A stretch of DNA of 64,000 bases, from NCBI RefSeq assembly GCF_056746865.1, contig NZ_CM163382.1; one strand, 5' to 3'. Below the pieces are notes generated by a model. The model was not told the origin of the DNA. It saw only the letters and a list, made by a program, of their open reading frames with translations, and made no database searches. Within the stretch, counting starts at the first letter, position 1. Each line of letters starts with the position of its first letter. This document shows positions 15,455-27,141 of the stretch, piece by piece. The translations under genes were made by a program, and so were the position numbers.

Positions 15455-15852
15455 CGCTTCAGTTCCTGTATCAGCAGAGTCAGGAGCTTTTCGCTGACAT
15501 TGCCATTGAAGCGGAGCGTCCCGTGCCGGAACGTTACCTCACAGCTGATACTGAGGGTTTCCGGGTCCTCTGCGAGCGATTCTGGCTGTTCGGCAGCTGC
15601 ATCGAGAGTCACAGGAAGTAGCTGGGGGCTCTCTGAAGAAGGTAATAGCAGCTTTCCCTCGCGCCATTGTTGTCGCCATTTGAACAACAGATTGGCGTTA
15701 ATGCCATTTTCAAGAGCAAGTTTTGAGATGGATATCCCGGGTTCACAGGAGGCAGCAACGAGCAGCTGTTTAAATTCGGGAGGATAATTAGGGCAGCCTT
15801 TTCGCCTGCCGGGAGTCACATTTTTCTGCATATCTGACACTTTGGTTCCCAC
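15451..15852 (-). CDS. IS66 Orf1 (TnpA)
   Basis: 133 aa HTH protein; overlaps orf2. Confidence 0.8.
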   Translation of the reverse strand: MGTKVSDMQKNVTPGRRKGCPNYPPEFKQLLVAASCEPGISISKLALENGINANLLFKWRQQWREGKLLLPSSESPQLLPVTLDAAAEQPESLAEDPETLSISCEVTFRHGTLRFNGNVSEKLLTLLIQELKR

Positions 15853-16185
15853 TACTTATTTGGTGGACACCACTTTGTCTAATTCGTCAGATTCTGACCA
15901 GACGGTTCAGGCTGTACGCTTACCACTATTTTATCCCTGTTGAATTTGGTTAAGCCGGTGCAGACGCGCCGGGAAACGCACACCTGAACCGGTACAATAA
16001 AATACAATACAACCCCCTGTTACTGGAGATACGAATGGAATGACGAGGCAGCCTGTCAGTCACAGGGGGCTGTTGGCATAAAATCAATGGAAAGGCCACC
16101 AACACCGGAATTAAGCTCCACAGTCCCCGCACTGGCAATCCATTCCCGGGAAAGGCATCACCGCAAACTGCTCCGGAGGCAACCA

Positions 16186-16620
16186 TTACAGCCTCTGTAA
16201 CGGATTATCAGCCCTGGCATCTTCCGACGGCACCTCCTGCCGCCCCCACGCCCTGCTGTATACCCCGGTACCGCAGCGTGGGCAGCACTTTTCCCCCTCA
16301 TAATCTTCGTCACACATCACACAAAACCACTTTCTCACCTTCACCGTATAATCCGGAACCGTCATGCCCTGCAGATGCAAACGACGGGCCTCTTTCTCTG
16401 CCGGGTCAAGCCAGGTACATCGCAGCAGGATTTTTTCAGCGACAGTCATCTGGTCATGTTCAAACCACGGTGGTTGTCCGTCATTGCCCCGCTGAAGTGT
16501 TAACGGGCATCCACAGGACACACAGCACAAAACGTCCTGTCGGTTGTGCTTCGCAGCTTCTTTCGCCGTAACAAAATGGCCTTTGCTGTCATTCGCCATA
16601 TAACAGTTCAGAATTCGCAT
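16186..16620 (-). CDS. Zinc-ribbon protein, paralog B (uncharacterized)
   Basis: 144 aa from internal ATG with AGGAGG SD; CxxC...PWFEH...C and WxCxxCxxDYxGExxCxxCxTG motifs; overlaps upstream paralog by 13 nt. Confidence 0.6.
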   Translation of the reverse strand: MRILNCYMANDSKGHFVTAKEAAKHNRQDVLCCVSCGCPLTLQRGNDGQPPWFEHDQMTVAEKILLRCTWLDPAEKEARRLHLQGMTVPDYTVKVRKWFCVMCDEDYEGEKCCPRCGTGVYSRAWGRQEVPSEDARADNPLQRL

Positions 16621-17015
16621 ATTTCCTCCTGAGTTGTCCGGGGAATACTGAATCCTCCGGTCTGGCAGTGTGTGCAGTACTGCTCCCCATAATAATCGTG
16701 GTGACATTGTCTGCAGTGCCAGCTGGCTTTACGCACCACGGGTAAGGCATCCGGTACGAATTGCTGCAGACGTTTAATCAACTGTATTTCTCTGCGCTCC
16801 GGCCTGACATAAGGGCACTGTTGACCGTGCTCTGTCAGCCTGTCGTCAGTGTGTTCAAACCAGGGAAGTTCAGTGTCGTATTGCGGATGGTATCTGAGTG
16901 CACTGCCACACAAGTGGCAGGTGTAGTGAGCATAAGGTGCGGCCTGTGCAGTACGGGCGCCCGTCAGACGTCCGTTGCCATCAAGAGCGATAAAGGATTT
17001 TGCGTACATAGTCAT
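16608..17015 (-). CDS. Zinc-ribbon protein, paralog A (uncharacterized)
   Basis: 135 aa; same motif architecture as paralog B; AAGGA SD. Confidence 0.65.
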   Translation of the reverse strand: MTMYAKSFIALDGNGRLTGARTAQAAPYAHYTCHLCGSALRYHPQYDTELPWFEHTDDRLTEHGQQCPYVRPERREIQLIKRLQQFVPDALPVVRKASWHCRQCHHDYYGEQYCTHCQTGGFSIPRTTQEEICEF

Positions 17016-17268
17016 ATTCCTTAGCCGCCAGACGACACGCAGGCAACAGCCGTCCCGGTACGGGCAGCGTGGTCAGGGTGTGAATGGCGGTTCAGTTAAA
17101 ATCTGGACTGGAGTTTGGGTAAAGCAGGCTGGTTGCTGTTACAGCACTGTGGTTGTCACACAATGGAACACTGACGTAAAAAACAGTCAGTGGGCGAGTG
17201 GATACATCGTTGCCGCCAGACAACAACCCATACTTTTGGTTTGCCGGATATTGGCGCGCCAGTCGTGC

Positions 17269-17838
17269 TCAACTCCGGCTACAGCCAAAATTGCGCTCAC
17301 CGGTGCAGTGAGCTTTGGTATACTCCTTCGCCAGATAGTCAGCACGTTCCAGCACTTGCTGAAAGCCGGTGTCATCATTACGCGCCAGCCACACCGCCGG
17401 CCAGGCCGGAAAATGCACCAGCGTGGCATGGCACCCGACATCCACTCCCAGGGCACTGCACCACGCCTGTTTAATCATCCCGGCCAGAGACTCCGGAGCG
17501 CGGTAATCACCGGCACGACACCAGGTATCCCGGTTGACCAGCAGCATCAGGTGATAGTGTTTTTTACCTTTGCACTCCCCAAACTCCCGGGCCCAGACGT
17601 AATGCAGGGTTGTGGGATGCACGCGTTTACCTTCCCGATGCTTACGTTTCTGGTAAGCGTCGATTCGGGCTTTCAGGGCATTGATGAAGCGGGATATCAC
17701 AGCTGCGTCCGTTGCTGCCGGTACATCCGGGAAACGCAGGTCAACCCGCAATGCCGTCAGGCGGGGATGAACATTCAGTGCGTGCCGCACCGTCTCACGA
17801 ATACGTTGCTGCCAGAAGGGGTTGTATTTGTAGGTCAT
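17269..17838 (-). CDS. YagK/YfjJ-family (inovirus Gp2-like) protein
   Basis: 189 aa from ATG (MTYKYNPFWQQRIRE...); resembles the CP4-57 YfjJ / CP4-6 YagK family. Confidence 0.7.
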   Translation of the reverse strand: MTYKYNPFWQQRIRETVRHALNVHPRLTALRVDLRFPDVPAATDAAVISRFINALKARIDAYQKRKHREGKRVHPTTLHYVWAREFGECKGKKHYHLMLLVNRDTWCRAGDYRAPESLAGMIKQAWCSALGVDVGCHATLVHFPAWPAVWLARNDDTGFQQVLERADYLAKEYTKAHCTGERNFGCSRS

Positions 17839-18037
17839 GGTTAAATCTCCGTATGGTTCATACGGAATAGCCACGTCGTAAAAAATGCGCAGAGTCCCTG
17901 AAGTGACCTCCGGCAGGACACTGTCTCAGGCACTCTGTGATAACCCGAACGGTCGTCTCCGGACTGACGGTTGAATTTTCAGCGTTGTTTTTTTAATGTA
18001 AAAAACCGGTTACGGGTAAGGCTGTGAGGAGGGAGTG

Positions 18038-18238
18038 ATGGTGATACGCAAAAAGAAGTGCAGGGACTGTGGAAACGCGATTACTCATAATACAGTGTGT
18101 TGCCCGTATTGTGGTTCTGTCGACCCCTTCGGCTATTACCGGAATACAGACCGTATCGTTACCATACTGCTGGCACTGATTATTGTGGTCCTGCTGACTA
18201 CTGTCAGCGTCAGTGTGTATATACTGTGTAGCTGGTGA
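18038..18238 (+). CDS. Small zinc-ribbon membrane protein (66 aa, uncharacterized)
   Basis: Strong SD GGAGGGAG; CxxC(x14)CxxC followed by one hydrophobic transmembrane helix (IVTILLALIIVVLLTTVSVSVYIL). Confidence 0.5.
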   Translation: MVIRKKKCRDCGNAITHNTVCCPYCGSVDPFGYYRNTDRIVTILLALIIVVLLTTVSVSVYILCSW

Positions 18239-18815
18239 GATAACGGTTCATGTATCCCCTGAGCTGACAGTGTACCGGGTATATTAAGCGTAACCGACAG
18301 GTTCTCCTTCATACCATATTAAATTTTTCCAGGTATTGCCGCTGCCTTATTTCGTCCCATACAGGAAAACTCGTCTGGGTTTCTGACAAATACGCGAAAC
18401 TCACAGCCCCTCAATATCAACCACACGCTGTAAGCCGGTAATACCTGAAAATCAGCCTATTACCGCCCGCGCCTCCGTTACCGAACGCTCAGGTGACCAG
18501 ACTGAAGCCCTGCACGCACTCGTAAAGTTTGCGGTCAGTTCCGTCAGTCGGTGGGCAACCGCAGAGTTACGGGCTTCCAGGTCCACAGGAGTGAGTCTAT
18601 AACGCGTGTGAAAAATCATTTTTTCTGGCGTTGACAGAACACATTACAGGCTGCCACTTACCCGGTGTCCCGCAATACAGCCTTAGTGTTCCGTTATCGG
18701 GGATCCGGACGCACCGCAACAACCGGGGAAGTATTTCTGGTTTAGAGCTGTGTCAAGAGGGATTTCTCAGCCCCTCACTCACCGGCTCAGTCTCAGAGCA
18801 GGAGTGGATTTGCCC

Positions 18816-19721
18816 CTATATTTCCAGACACCTGTTATCACTTAACCCATTACTGGCCCGCTGCCGTAGATATTCCCGTGGCGAGCGATAACCCAGTGCA
18901 CTATGCGGATGCCATTCGTTATAATGCTCGAACGCCTCTGCAAGGTTCTTTGCTGCCGTTAACCCGTCTGGTTTAGGCATGATACTGATGTAGTCACGCT
19001 TTATCGTTTTCACGAAGCTCTCTGCTATGCCGTTACTCTCCGGACTCCGCACCGCCGTGTTCTTCGGTTCAAGCCCCAACATCCGGGCAAACTGCCGTGT
19101 TTCATTAGCCCGGTAGCATGAACCATTATCCGTCAGCCACTCTACTGGAGACGCCGGAAGCTCGTTGCCGAAGCGGCGTTCCACCGCTCCCAGCATTACG
19201 TCCTGTACTGTTTCACTGTCGAAGCCGCCCGTAGTGACTGCCCAGTGCAGTGCCTCACGGTCACAGCAGTCCAGCGCGAACGTGACTCGCAGTTTTTCTC
19301 CGTTATCACAGCGGAACTCGAACCCGTCAGAGCACCATCGTTGATTGCTTTCTTTCACGGCCACTTTGCCAGTATGTGCCCGTTTCGATGGCGGTACAGC
19401 GGTTTTTCGCTCAAGCAACAGCGCATTCTGGCGCATGATCCGGTAAACACGTTTGGCATTGATCGCAGGCATACCATCAAGTTCGGCCTGTCTGCGAAGC
19501 AGCGCCCATACCCGACGATAACCATACGTGGGCAGCTCTCCGATAACATGGTGTATACGGAGAAGCACATCCGTATCATCTGAGTGACGGCTGCGGCGAC
19601 CATCTTTCCAGTCATCGGTTCGTCTGAGAATGACGTGCAACTGCGCACGCGACACCCGGAGACAACGGCTGACTAAGCTTACTCCCCATCCCCGGGCAAT
19701 AAGGGCGCGTGCGCTATCCAC
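18816..19721 (-). CDS. insD: IS2 transposase OrfB
   Basis: 301 aa DDE integrase core. Confidence 0.85.
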
Positions 19722-20044
19722 TTTTTTGCACGCCCGTATTCAACGGCTTCTTTAAGGAGTTCATTTTCCATCGTTTTTTTGCCGAGCAGGCGCTGGAGTT
19801 CTTTAATCTGCTTCATGGCAGCAGCAAGTTCAGAGGCAGGAACGACCTGCTCTCCTGCGGCCACAGCAGTAAGACTTCCCTCCTGGTATTGCTTGCGCCA
19901 GAGAAATAACTGGCTGGCTGCCACACCGTGTTGCCGGGCAACAAGGGAGACCGTCATTCCCGGTTCAAAACTCTGCTGAACAATAGCGATCTTTTCCTGT
20001 GTAGTACGCCGTCTGCGTTTCTCCGGTCCTAAGACATCAATCAT
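19679..20044 (-). CDS. insC: IS2 OrfA
   Basis: 121 aa from [18 protein letters not shown]...; HTH protein. Confidence 0.85.
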
Positions 20045-20696
20045 CTGCTCTCCAATGACTAGTCTAAAAACTAGTATTAAGACTATCACTTATTTAAGTG
20101 ATATTGGTTGTCTGGAGATTCAGGGGGCCAGTCTAGGAGCATTAATACGCTCAGTTCATGTCTTATACAGGAATGGGCACAGGGGGAGCTGGCGTGTCAC
20201 TGCTGATTTTACGCATCAGCGTTCATGTATTTGCACTCTGATACAGAATGCTTCACAGCGCTCTGTTACCGGAGAGATTTACTCTCTTAGCTTACTCTGG
20301 CAAATCCTTTACGTTACTCTCTGATGACTTCTTATATTTATAATACCAATCAGACAGCCTTATCCCATCGGTGATATCAGTCTCCTCCTCGCCAGGAACG
20401 GGCTGACTCACTGTAACCACCTCCGAAAACAACTCTGCAATTATCAGAACGCTAGTTTTCCCCTTGTCTCACGAAAGTCCTCCCTCCTTTATCGCGCGTG
20501 CGTGCGGAAGCATCTTTTCGCAACAACCCCCCGGGATTCCGCTACGGCTCTGCCATCGCAATCCCCCCGTTTATCTCCGGACAGCCACATTCCCGATTAT
20601 TTTTTACGTTTCTCCCCGGTTGTTATGCCAGTGAAGGTGGCGCGCTGTTTTCATGACCACACCGGCTGGTTTAACAACATCCGGAGGAACATTCTC

Positions 20697-22168
<1,472 letters not shown>

Positions 22169-22258
22169 TGACCGTTATCCGTTCACCCGCAGCAGACGTA
22201 ATCTCCGGCCTGCCGGCGGCATTCTGCTGCCTGTTATATCCCCGTGAGGAATATGAAA

Positions 22259-22861
22259 ATGAAACAACAGTATCAGACCCGCTACGAATGGCTCCACGAA
22301 AGCTACCAGAAATGGCTGACCGGCTTCACCCGGCACGCCGTATCCTGGGGCGTGTGTCATCCGAATATCTACTACTTCCATAATCTGACGCCCGGTTGGG
22401 TGTCATTCAATGGTGAAAAACCGGAGATTGCCATCGTACCCCAGAGCCTGCACCGGCTGATTTATGGCCCTGACAAACGGGCCACACCGCCCCTGGATGA
22501 TGATCTGATAGTGAATTTATGCACCAGTGAACATCTGCTGGTTCATCATCCGATGCTGGAAGGCATTCTCCTGTCTGAATGTGAACGTCTGAGGCAGCGT
22601 TCTCTGGCAAATAAACTGATCAGCCTCTTCCGTCAGTTTGGTGGCACGGAGTTGCGCCTCAAACTGGTCTGGCTTTGCTGGCTTGATTTAATGACCGGAA
22701 ACTGCCTTGACGACTGGACGGAGAATCTGAAACGGAAATCAGAAAAAGAGCTGGAGGAATGGATCATCAACCGTCAGAAGCAGAGCGCAGCACTGACGGA
22801 TCTGATGGATCAGTACGTGCTCCTGTCATACCGCACAACGGTTGACGATAAGCGCACCTGA
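22259..22861 (+). CDS. Hypothetical protein (200 aa)
   Basis: ATG with GAGGA SD 8 nt upstream; no recognised domain; lies directly downstream of the original alpA end. Confidence 0.45.
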   Translation: MKQQYQTRYEWLHESYQKWLTGFTRHAVSWGVCHPNIYYFHNLTPGWVSFNGEKPEIAIVPQSLHRLIYGPDKRATPPLDDDLIVNLCTSEHLLVHHPMLEGILLSECERLRQRSLANKLISLFRQFGGTELRLKLVWLCWLDLMTGNCLDDWTENLKRKSEKELEEWIINRQKQSAALTDLMDQYVLLSYRTTVDDKRT

Positions 22862-23083
22862 TGCCAGTTGTTTCAGGGAAGCTGGTATCCGGGCAGGGTG
22901 CCAGGGCTGACTGAACGGCCTGTCTGCCTGCCGTTTCGCTCTCCGTGCGTTCTGTCACACGCTGCACCTGAACGCCGGACTGCGGGCACGCAGACAGGAA
23001 AGTCGCAGGCTGGAACTTCTGACCGGCGGGTATCAGTTATATGCCTGTTGATTCATCACCACCACGCAGCTCCTGAGCTTTAG

Positions 23084-23123
23084 TTCATCACCGATATTCA
23101 TACATCTGAATATCGGTGATGAA
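23084..23123. terminator. Perfect 17-bp inverted repeat with 6-nt loop between convergent genes
   Basis: TTCATCACCGATATTCA-TACATC-TGAATATCGGTGATGAA; no U-tract, so it may be a bidirectional terminator or a protein-binding palindrome. Confidence 0.4.
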
Positions 23124-23182
23124 ATCCCCATAATAATCAATCATCTAAGTCTGAAGCATAATGGAGAAAAACTGCTCACCGG

Positions 23183-24667
23183 TTACTTCGCTCTCAGCTT
23201 ATTGTAGTGATAACCCGAGGTAAAAATACCAGAGACATCAGACAACTTTAAACTGGCTATCTGGGGAAGCAGAACATACATGGTTTTTCCTTCCGGCACG
23301 ACAGAAAGCCTGAACTGAGATTCAAGAATGTTCAGCAATGCGTTCAGTTTTTTCCTGTTTCTGAACCGGCCCGGGCCACACTGGAGAATATAATTTTTCC
23401 TGACACGGGGCGGGCATTCTCCGCGGCACTCCTCAATGAGCCAGTCGAACAGCTCCTCGGCGTCCTTCTGCTGCAGTTCAGATTCATCAGGTAACGCAAA
23501 TAATTTTTTATATTCATCTGTGTACCACGAACTTATTACGACAGCAGACGTCATGATATCGGCAGAGATTTTCCCTTCACCATAGCTGAAATACTGAAAT
23601 AACGCTGCAATTCTTGCAATGTTTTCTGTTTTTTTTGAAACATGTCCCCGAAACGGGCTTAAGGGTCCGGAAGGGGATAAATCCTGCTCCAGAACATTAT
23701 AGTGCTCAATAAATATTTTTTGCGCTTCAGGCGAAAAATGCAGACAATACCGTTCATCCTCACTGGATTTTTCAATACTGCCTCTGGCCAGTTCCATTAA
23801 TCGTTCATGAAATGCCGTTAATGATCCTCCCGGAATCACAGCTCCGTTAATAAAGCGTTTCCCCTGCGTGGTTGCAGGTTTACTGATAAGACAACGGGCA
23901 AGAAAACCACTGTCCCTGGCAACAGAACCTTTTCGCTCCATATATCGGTCAAAAAGACCGGGTTGCACCATGAGGGATAACGTCATTCTGGCATTTTCAA
24001 TCATCTGTTCGGGTTCATTCTTTCTGTCCACAGACAATACAGAGCCATCCCACATTTTGTTAATAAAAGGCAACTCAGACAGGGTATATCCATCAAATAT
24101 AATACCGGCTTCATCTGACATAATACCAACTGAACGCCATTTACCACAAAGCTGATTCTTAATTGCCGCAGTCGTGGCATCATTAAAAATGAATTTATAC
24201 CTCACAGGTTCTTCCGCACTGTTTTTCTGAAGTACTTCCAGTTGTCTGAGGGTTTCTGACTCATCCGCGCCTTTGCGGAGTTCTTTATTCAGTTTTGACA
24301 ACAATGCTTTTTTCTGAGCCTTTAAAAGCTCTTCCTTGTTTTTCCAGACAGCCAGTTCACTTTTGTATCTGGAATATAACTGCATCTCCTGCTGGTACAG
24401 GGGCTTCATTAATAATTTGTCCACTGCGGTTTTTCGTTCTCCGGACTCGGCAAGCGTCAGGAAAAAAAGAGAGACCGGCCCCCGCAGTGTATTCAGTCTG
24501 CAGACATCAATCAGATTCTGGCAGACAAGTGAAACAGCGCCCAGGGCAGACGCTGCCACAAGCCCAAGGGGAGCCTGCGTAATTTGCTGAGCTTCAATAA
24601 CGGCATCACGAATGAGTGGAGGCAGCGAACTCAGGGGAAACTCATCACAAGGCTGACCGAATGACAT
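23183..24667 (-). CDS. DUF3987-like protein (YfjI-like)
   Basis: 494 aa from MSFGQPCDEF...; resembles CP4-57 YfjI-type proteins; SD GAGG. Confidence 0.65.
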   Translation of the reverse strand: MSFGQPCDEFPLSSLPPLIRDAVIEAQQITQAPLGLVAASALGAVSLVCQNLIDVCRLNTLRGPVSLFFLTLAESGERKTAVDKLLMKPLYQQEMQLYSRYKSELAVWKNKEELLKAQKKALLSKLNKELRKGADESETLRQLEVLQKNSAEEPVRYKFIFNDATTAAIKNQLCGKWRSVGIMSDEAGIIFDGYTLSELPFINKMWDGSVLSVDRKNEPEQMIENARMTLSLMVQPGLFDRYMERKGSVARDSGFLARCLISKPATTQGKRFINGAVIPGGSLTAFHERLMELARGSIEKSSEDERYCLHFSPEAQKIFIEHYNVLEQDLSPSGPLSPFRGHVSKKTENIARIAALFQYFSYGEGKISADIMTSAVVISSWYTDEYKKLFALPDESELQQKDAEELFDWLIEECRGECPPRVRKNYILQCGPGRFRNRKKLNALLNILESQFRLSVVPEGKTMYVLLPQIASLKLSDVSGIFTSGYHYNKLRAK

Positions 24668-25897
24668 AGTAACCTCACTATACACAGATATAAAAGCACT
24701 GCAATTCTGGCTATTAATAGCAAAAATAGCAGTCAAATCAATATGAGGTAAAATTTTTTGTTGATTTAATGGTTAAATAATAACCACAGTGTATTTTGCT
24801 GCTGAAGAAAGACAAAATGAATCTGTGTGTCCCCTCCTTCCCTTCGGAGCACATCCACTATTCAAATTTTACACAACCACGTACGAACAAAAAGCATCAT
24901 CCCGGGTATTGCAGATACCGGTTTCCTGCCGGGAAGAATCATAAACAGAACACCGGGAATAACGCCTTCAGGAATCACCCCCCCTCCTGAAGAAGAATAA
25001 AATAAAGAAGACTACAGTTCCTGCACTGAATGCTGAGTACAATATTTTATGGACAGGATGACATTTTTATAAATAACAAAAACCATTTAATACTGATACA
25101 TCAATAAAATACTTCTTCCCTGCTGACACAGATAAAATGCACCATTTTTTCTTCAAATACTTCTGTATAATCGCCAGCCAATGATGAGAATGGATTAAAA
25201 TAACACTTCTTCGACAAACACAAAAACAGCCTTCATTTTACATCATCATCCAGTTTCAGTTAACCCCGGACGAGCGACAGTGTTTCAGTACAGGAATTAA
25301 AAGCCAGCTTTTGCTCAGTAAAACACACTCAACTAATAATATCTCAGCAGATATTATCCTGACCAGGACACCTCACATTACTGAATTCTCTTCCGACAGT
25401 ATCACTGCACAAATAAAAAAGAACGGGATAAATATTCAGACCGGAAGAATGGTGTCACAAAAGCATTTAATCATTACGCATGACCAGGAAGGGAAACACT
25501 TAACCACATGGTATCAACAGATATCATTACGTGTGCACTCTTATAAAAAACACACAGAAGAAGTAAGATAATTATAAACGTAAATTTAATATCTCCCACT
25601 GACATCTCCCCCACAATACACTAAAAAATACTCACAGCAGTAAACACAGATACACCTGATAATCATACAGCCGATAAATATTTTCCCCTTTACGGAGAAA
25701 TCAGCCTGCTGTTTAACAATAACGGCGTATTTTCATGGAAGGAGATCACCCAGTAACGGATAAGTCCTGATCTCCTTCATGTTAATACGCAACAATCCCA
25801 TCGATTCAAAACAATTTCAGACAGATATTATCTCCGTGAATCCCCCGCCACCTTTCCGGTGCGCGGGGTTTTGTCTTTTTTCACCGGGAATACATGT

Positions 25898-26770
25898 ATG
25901 AATCCGTCTGATGCCATTGAGGCAATTGAAAAACCGCTCTCCTCCCTGCCTTACTCACTTTCCCGTCACATCCTGGAACATCTGCGCAAACTCACCAGTC
26001 ACGAACCCGTGATTGGCATTATGGGTAAAAGCGGGGCCGGTAAATCCTCACTCTGTAATGCACTGTTTCAGGGGGAGGTCACCCCGGTCAGTGATGTTCA
26101 CGCCGGCACCCGGGAAGTGCGGCGCTTCCGTCTGAGTGGCCACGGTCACAGCATGGTTATCACTGACCTGCCCGGGGTGGGCGAGAGCCGGGACAGGGAT
26201 GCAGAGTATGAAGCCCTGTACCGTGACATTCTGCCCGAACTGGACCTGGTGCTGTGGCTGATTAAAGCCGATGACCGCGCCCTGTCTGTGGATGAGTATT
26301 TCTGGCGACACATCCTGCACCGGGGACATCAGCAGGTGCTGTTTGTGGTGACGCAGGCCGACAAAACGGAGCCCTGCCATGAATGGGATATGGCCGGCAT
26401 TCAGCCTTCTCCCGCACAGGCACAGAACATTCGGGAGAAAACGGAGGCGGTATTCCGTCTGTTCCGGCCCGTACATCCGGTTGTTGCCGTATCGGCCCGC
26501 ACCGGCTGGGAACTGGATACGCTGGTCAGTGCGCTAATGACAGCACTTCCCGACCATGCCGCCAGTCCCCTGATGACCCGCCTGCAGGACGAGCTGCGCA
26601 CGGAATCTGTCCGCGCTCAGGCCCGTGAACAGTTTACCGGTGCGGTGGACCGGATATTTGACACGGCGGAGAGCGTCTGTGTTGCCTCTGTTGCCCGTAC
26701 GGTTCTGCGTGCCGTCCGTGACACGGTGGTCTCTGTTGCCCGCGCTGTATGGAACTGGATTTTCTTCTGA
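25898..26770 (+). CDS. YeeP/YfjP/YkfA-family GTPase
   Basis: 290 aa from MNPSDAIEAIE...; P-loop GKSGAGKSS; precedes Ag43 as in CP4-44. Confidence 0.75.
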   Translation: MNPSDAIEAIEKPLSSLPYSLSRHILEHLRKLTSHEPVIGIMGKSGAGKSSLCNALFQGEVTPVSDVHAGTREVRRFRLSGHGHSMVITDLPGVGESRDRDAEYEALYRDILPELDLVLWLIKADDRALSVDEYFWRHILHRGHQQVLFVVTQADKTEPCHEWDMAGIQPSPAQAQNIREKTEAVFRLFRPVHPVVAVSARTGWELDTLVSALMTALPDHAASPLMTRLQDELRTESVRAQAREQFTGAVDRIFDTAESVCVASVARTVLRAVRDTVVSVARAVWNWIFF

Positions 26771-26884
26771 ACAGTCTGCCAGGGAAATGCCTGATAACAT
26801 TACGTTAACCAACTGAAAACATGACACAAACCCCTCATACTCCTCCTGTTTCTCTTGCGTGACCGCCTTGTCGTTAATAGAATA

Positions 26885-26928
26885 AAACGATCGATAAAAC
26901 AGGTATCGATCGTTGCTATCGATCGTTT
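26885..26928 (+). promoter_or_regulatory. Ag43 phase-variation switch (three GATC sites, OxyR/Dam)
   Basis: ACGATCGATAAAACAGGTATCGATCGTTGCTATCGATCGTTTAT about 220 bp upstream of flu start; GATC at about 26889, 26908, 26921. Confidence 0.7.
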
Positions 26929-27141
26929 ATAGTGGTTAATGGTCTGCGAAAAGGCAGCTGAATCTCTTCATCATGCAGAACGGAATTGCACACAACGGAC
27001 TGATACTTCTCTGGCGGATGAGAGAGGGGAAGCATTTATGTCCGGGAAAAACCACTTTATCTGAGCATGCTGTTTTGTACCTGCCGGTATCCACATTTGT
27101 GGGTACCGGCTTTTTTATTCACCCTCTGTAAGGAAAAGCTG

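Larger units (their letters stand above)
13635..15923 (-). mobile_element. IS66-family element (about 2.29 kb)
   Basis: Terminal inverted repeats GTAAGCGTACAGC at both ends; tnpA-tnpB-tnpC operon; no flanking 8-bp duplication seen. Confidence 0.8.
18805..20135 (-). mobile_element. IS2 element (1331 bp)
   Basis: Ends TGGATTTGCCCCTATATTTCCAGACA ... GGGGGCCAGTCTA; exact IS2 length; insC/insD inside; flanks share GGAG. Confidence 0.9.

Noticed and set aside
16975-17844. 289-aa plus-strand ORF overlapping the YfjJ-like and zinc-ribbon genes
   Set aside because: Antisense to genes with better start context and family resemblance; no SD; Pro/Arg/Gly-rich composition.
18239-18804. 566-bp non-coding gap between the small zinc-ribbon gene and IS2
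   Set aside because: No convincing ORF, hairpin or repeat; probably degraded island DNA.
26771-27141. Small RNA IsrC between the GTPase gene and flu
   Set aside because: Reported for K-12 at the equivalent position, but I cannot define promoter, terminator or ends from sequence alone.
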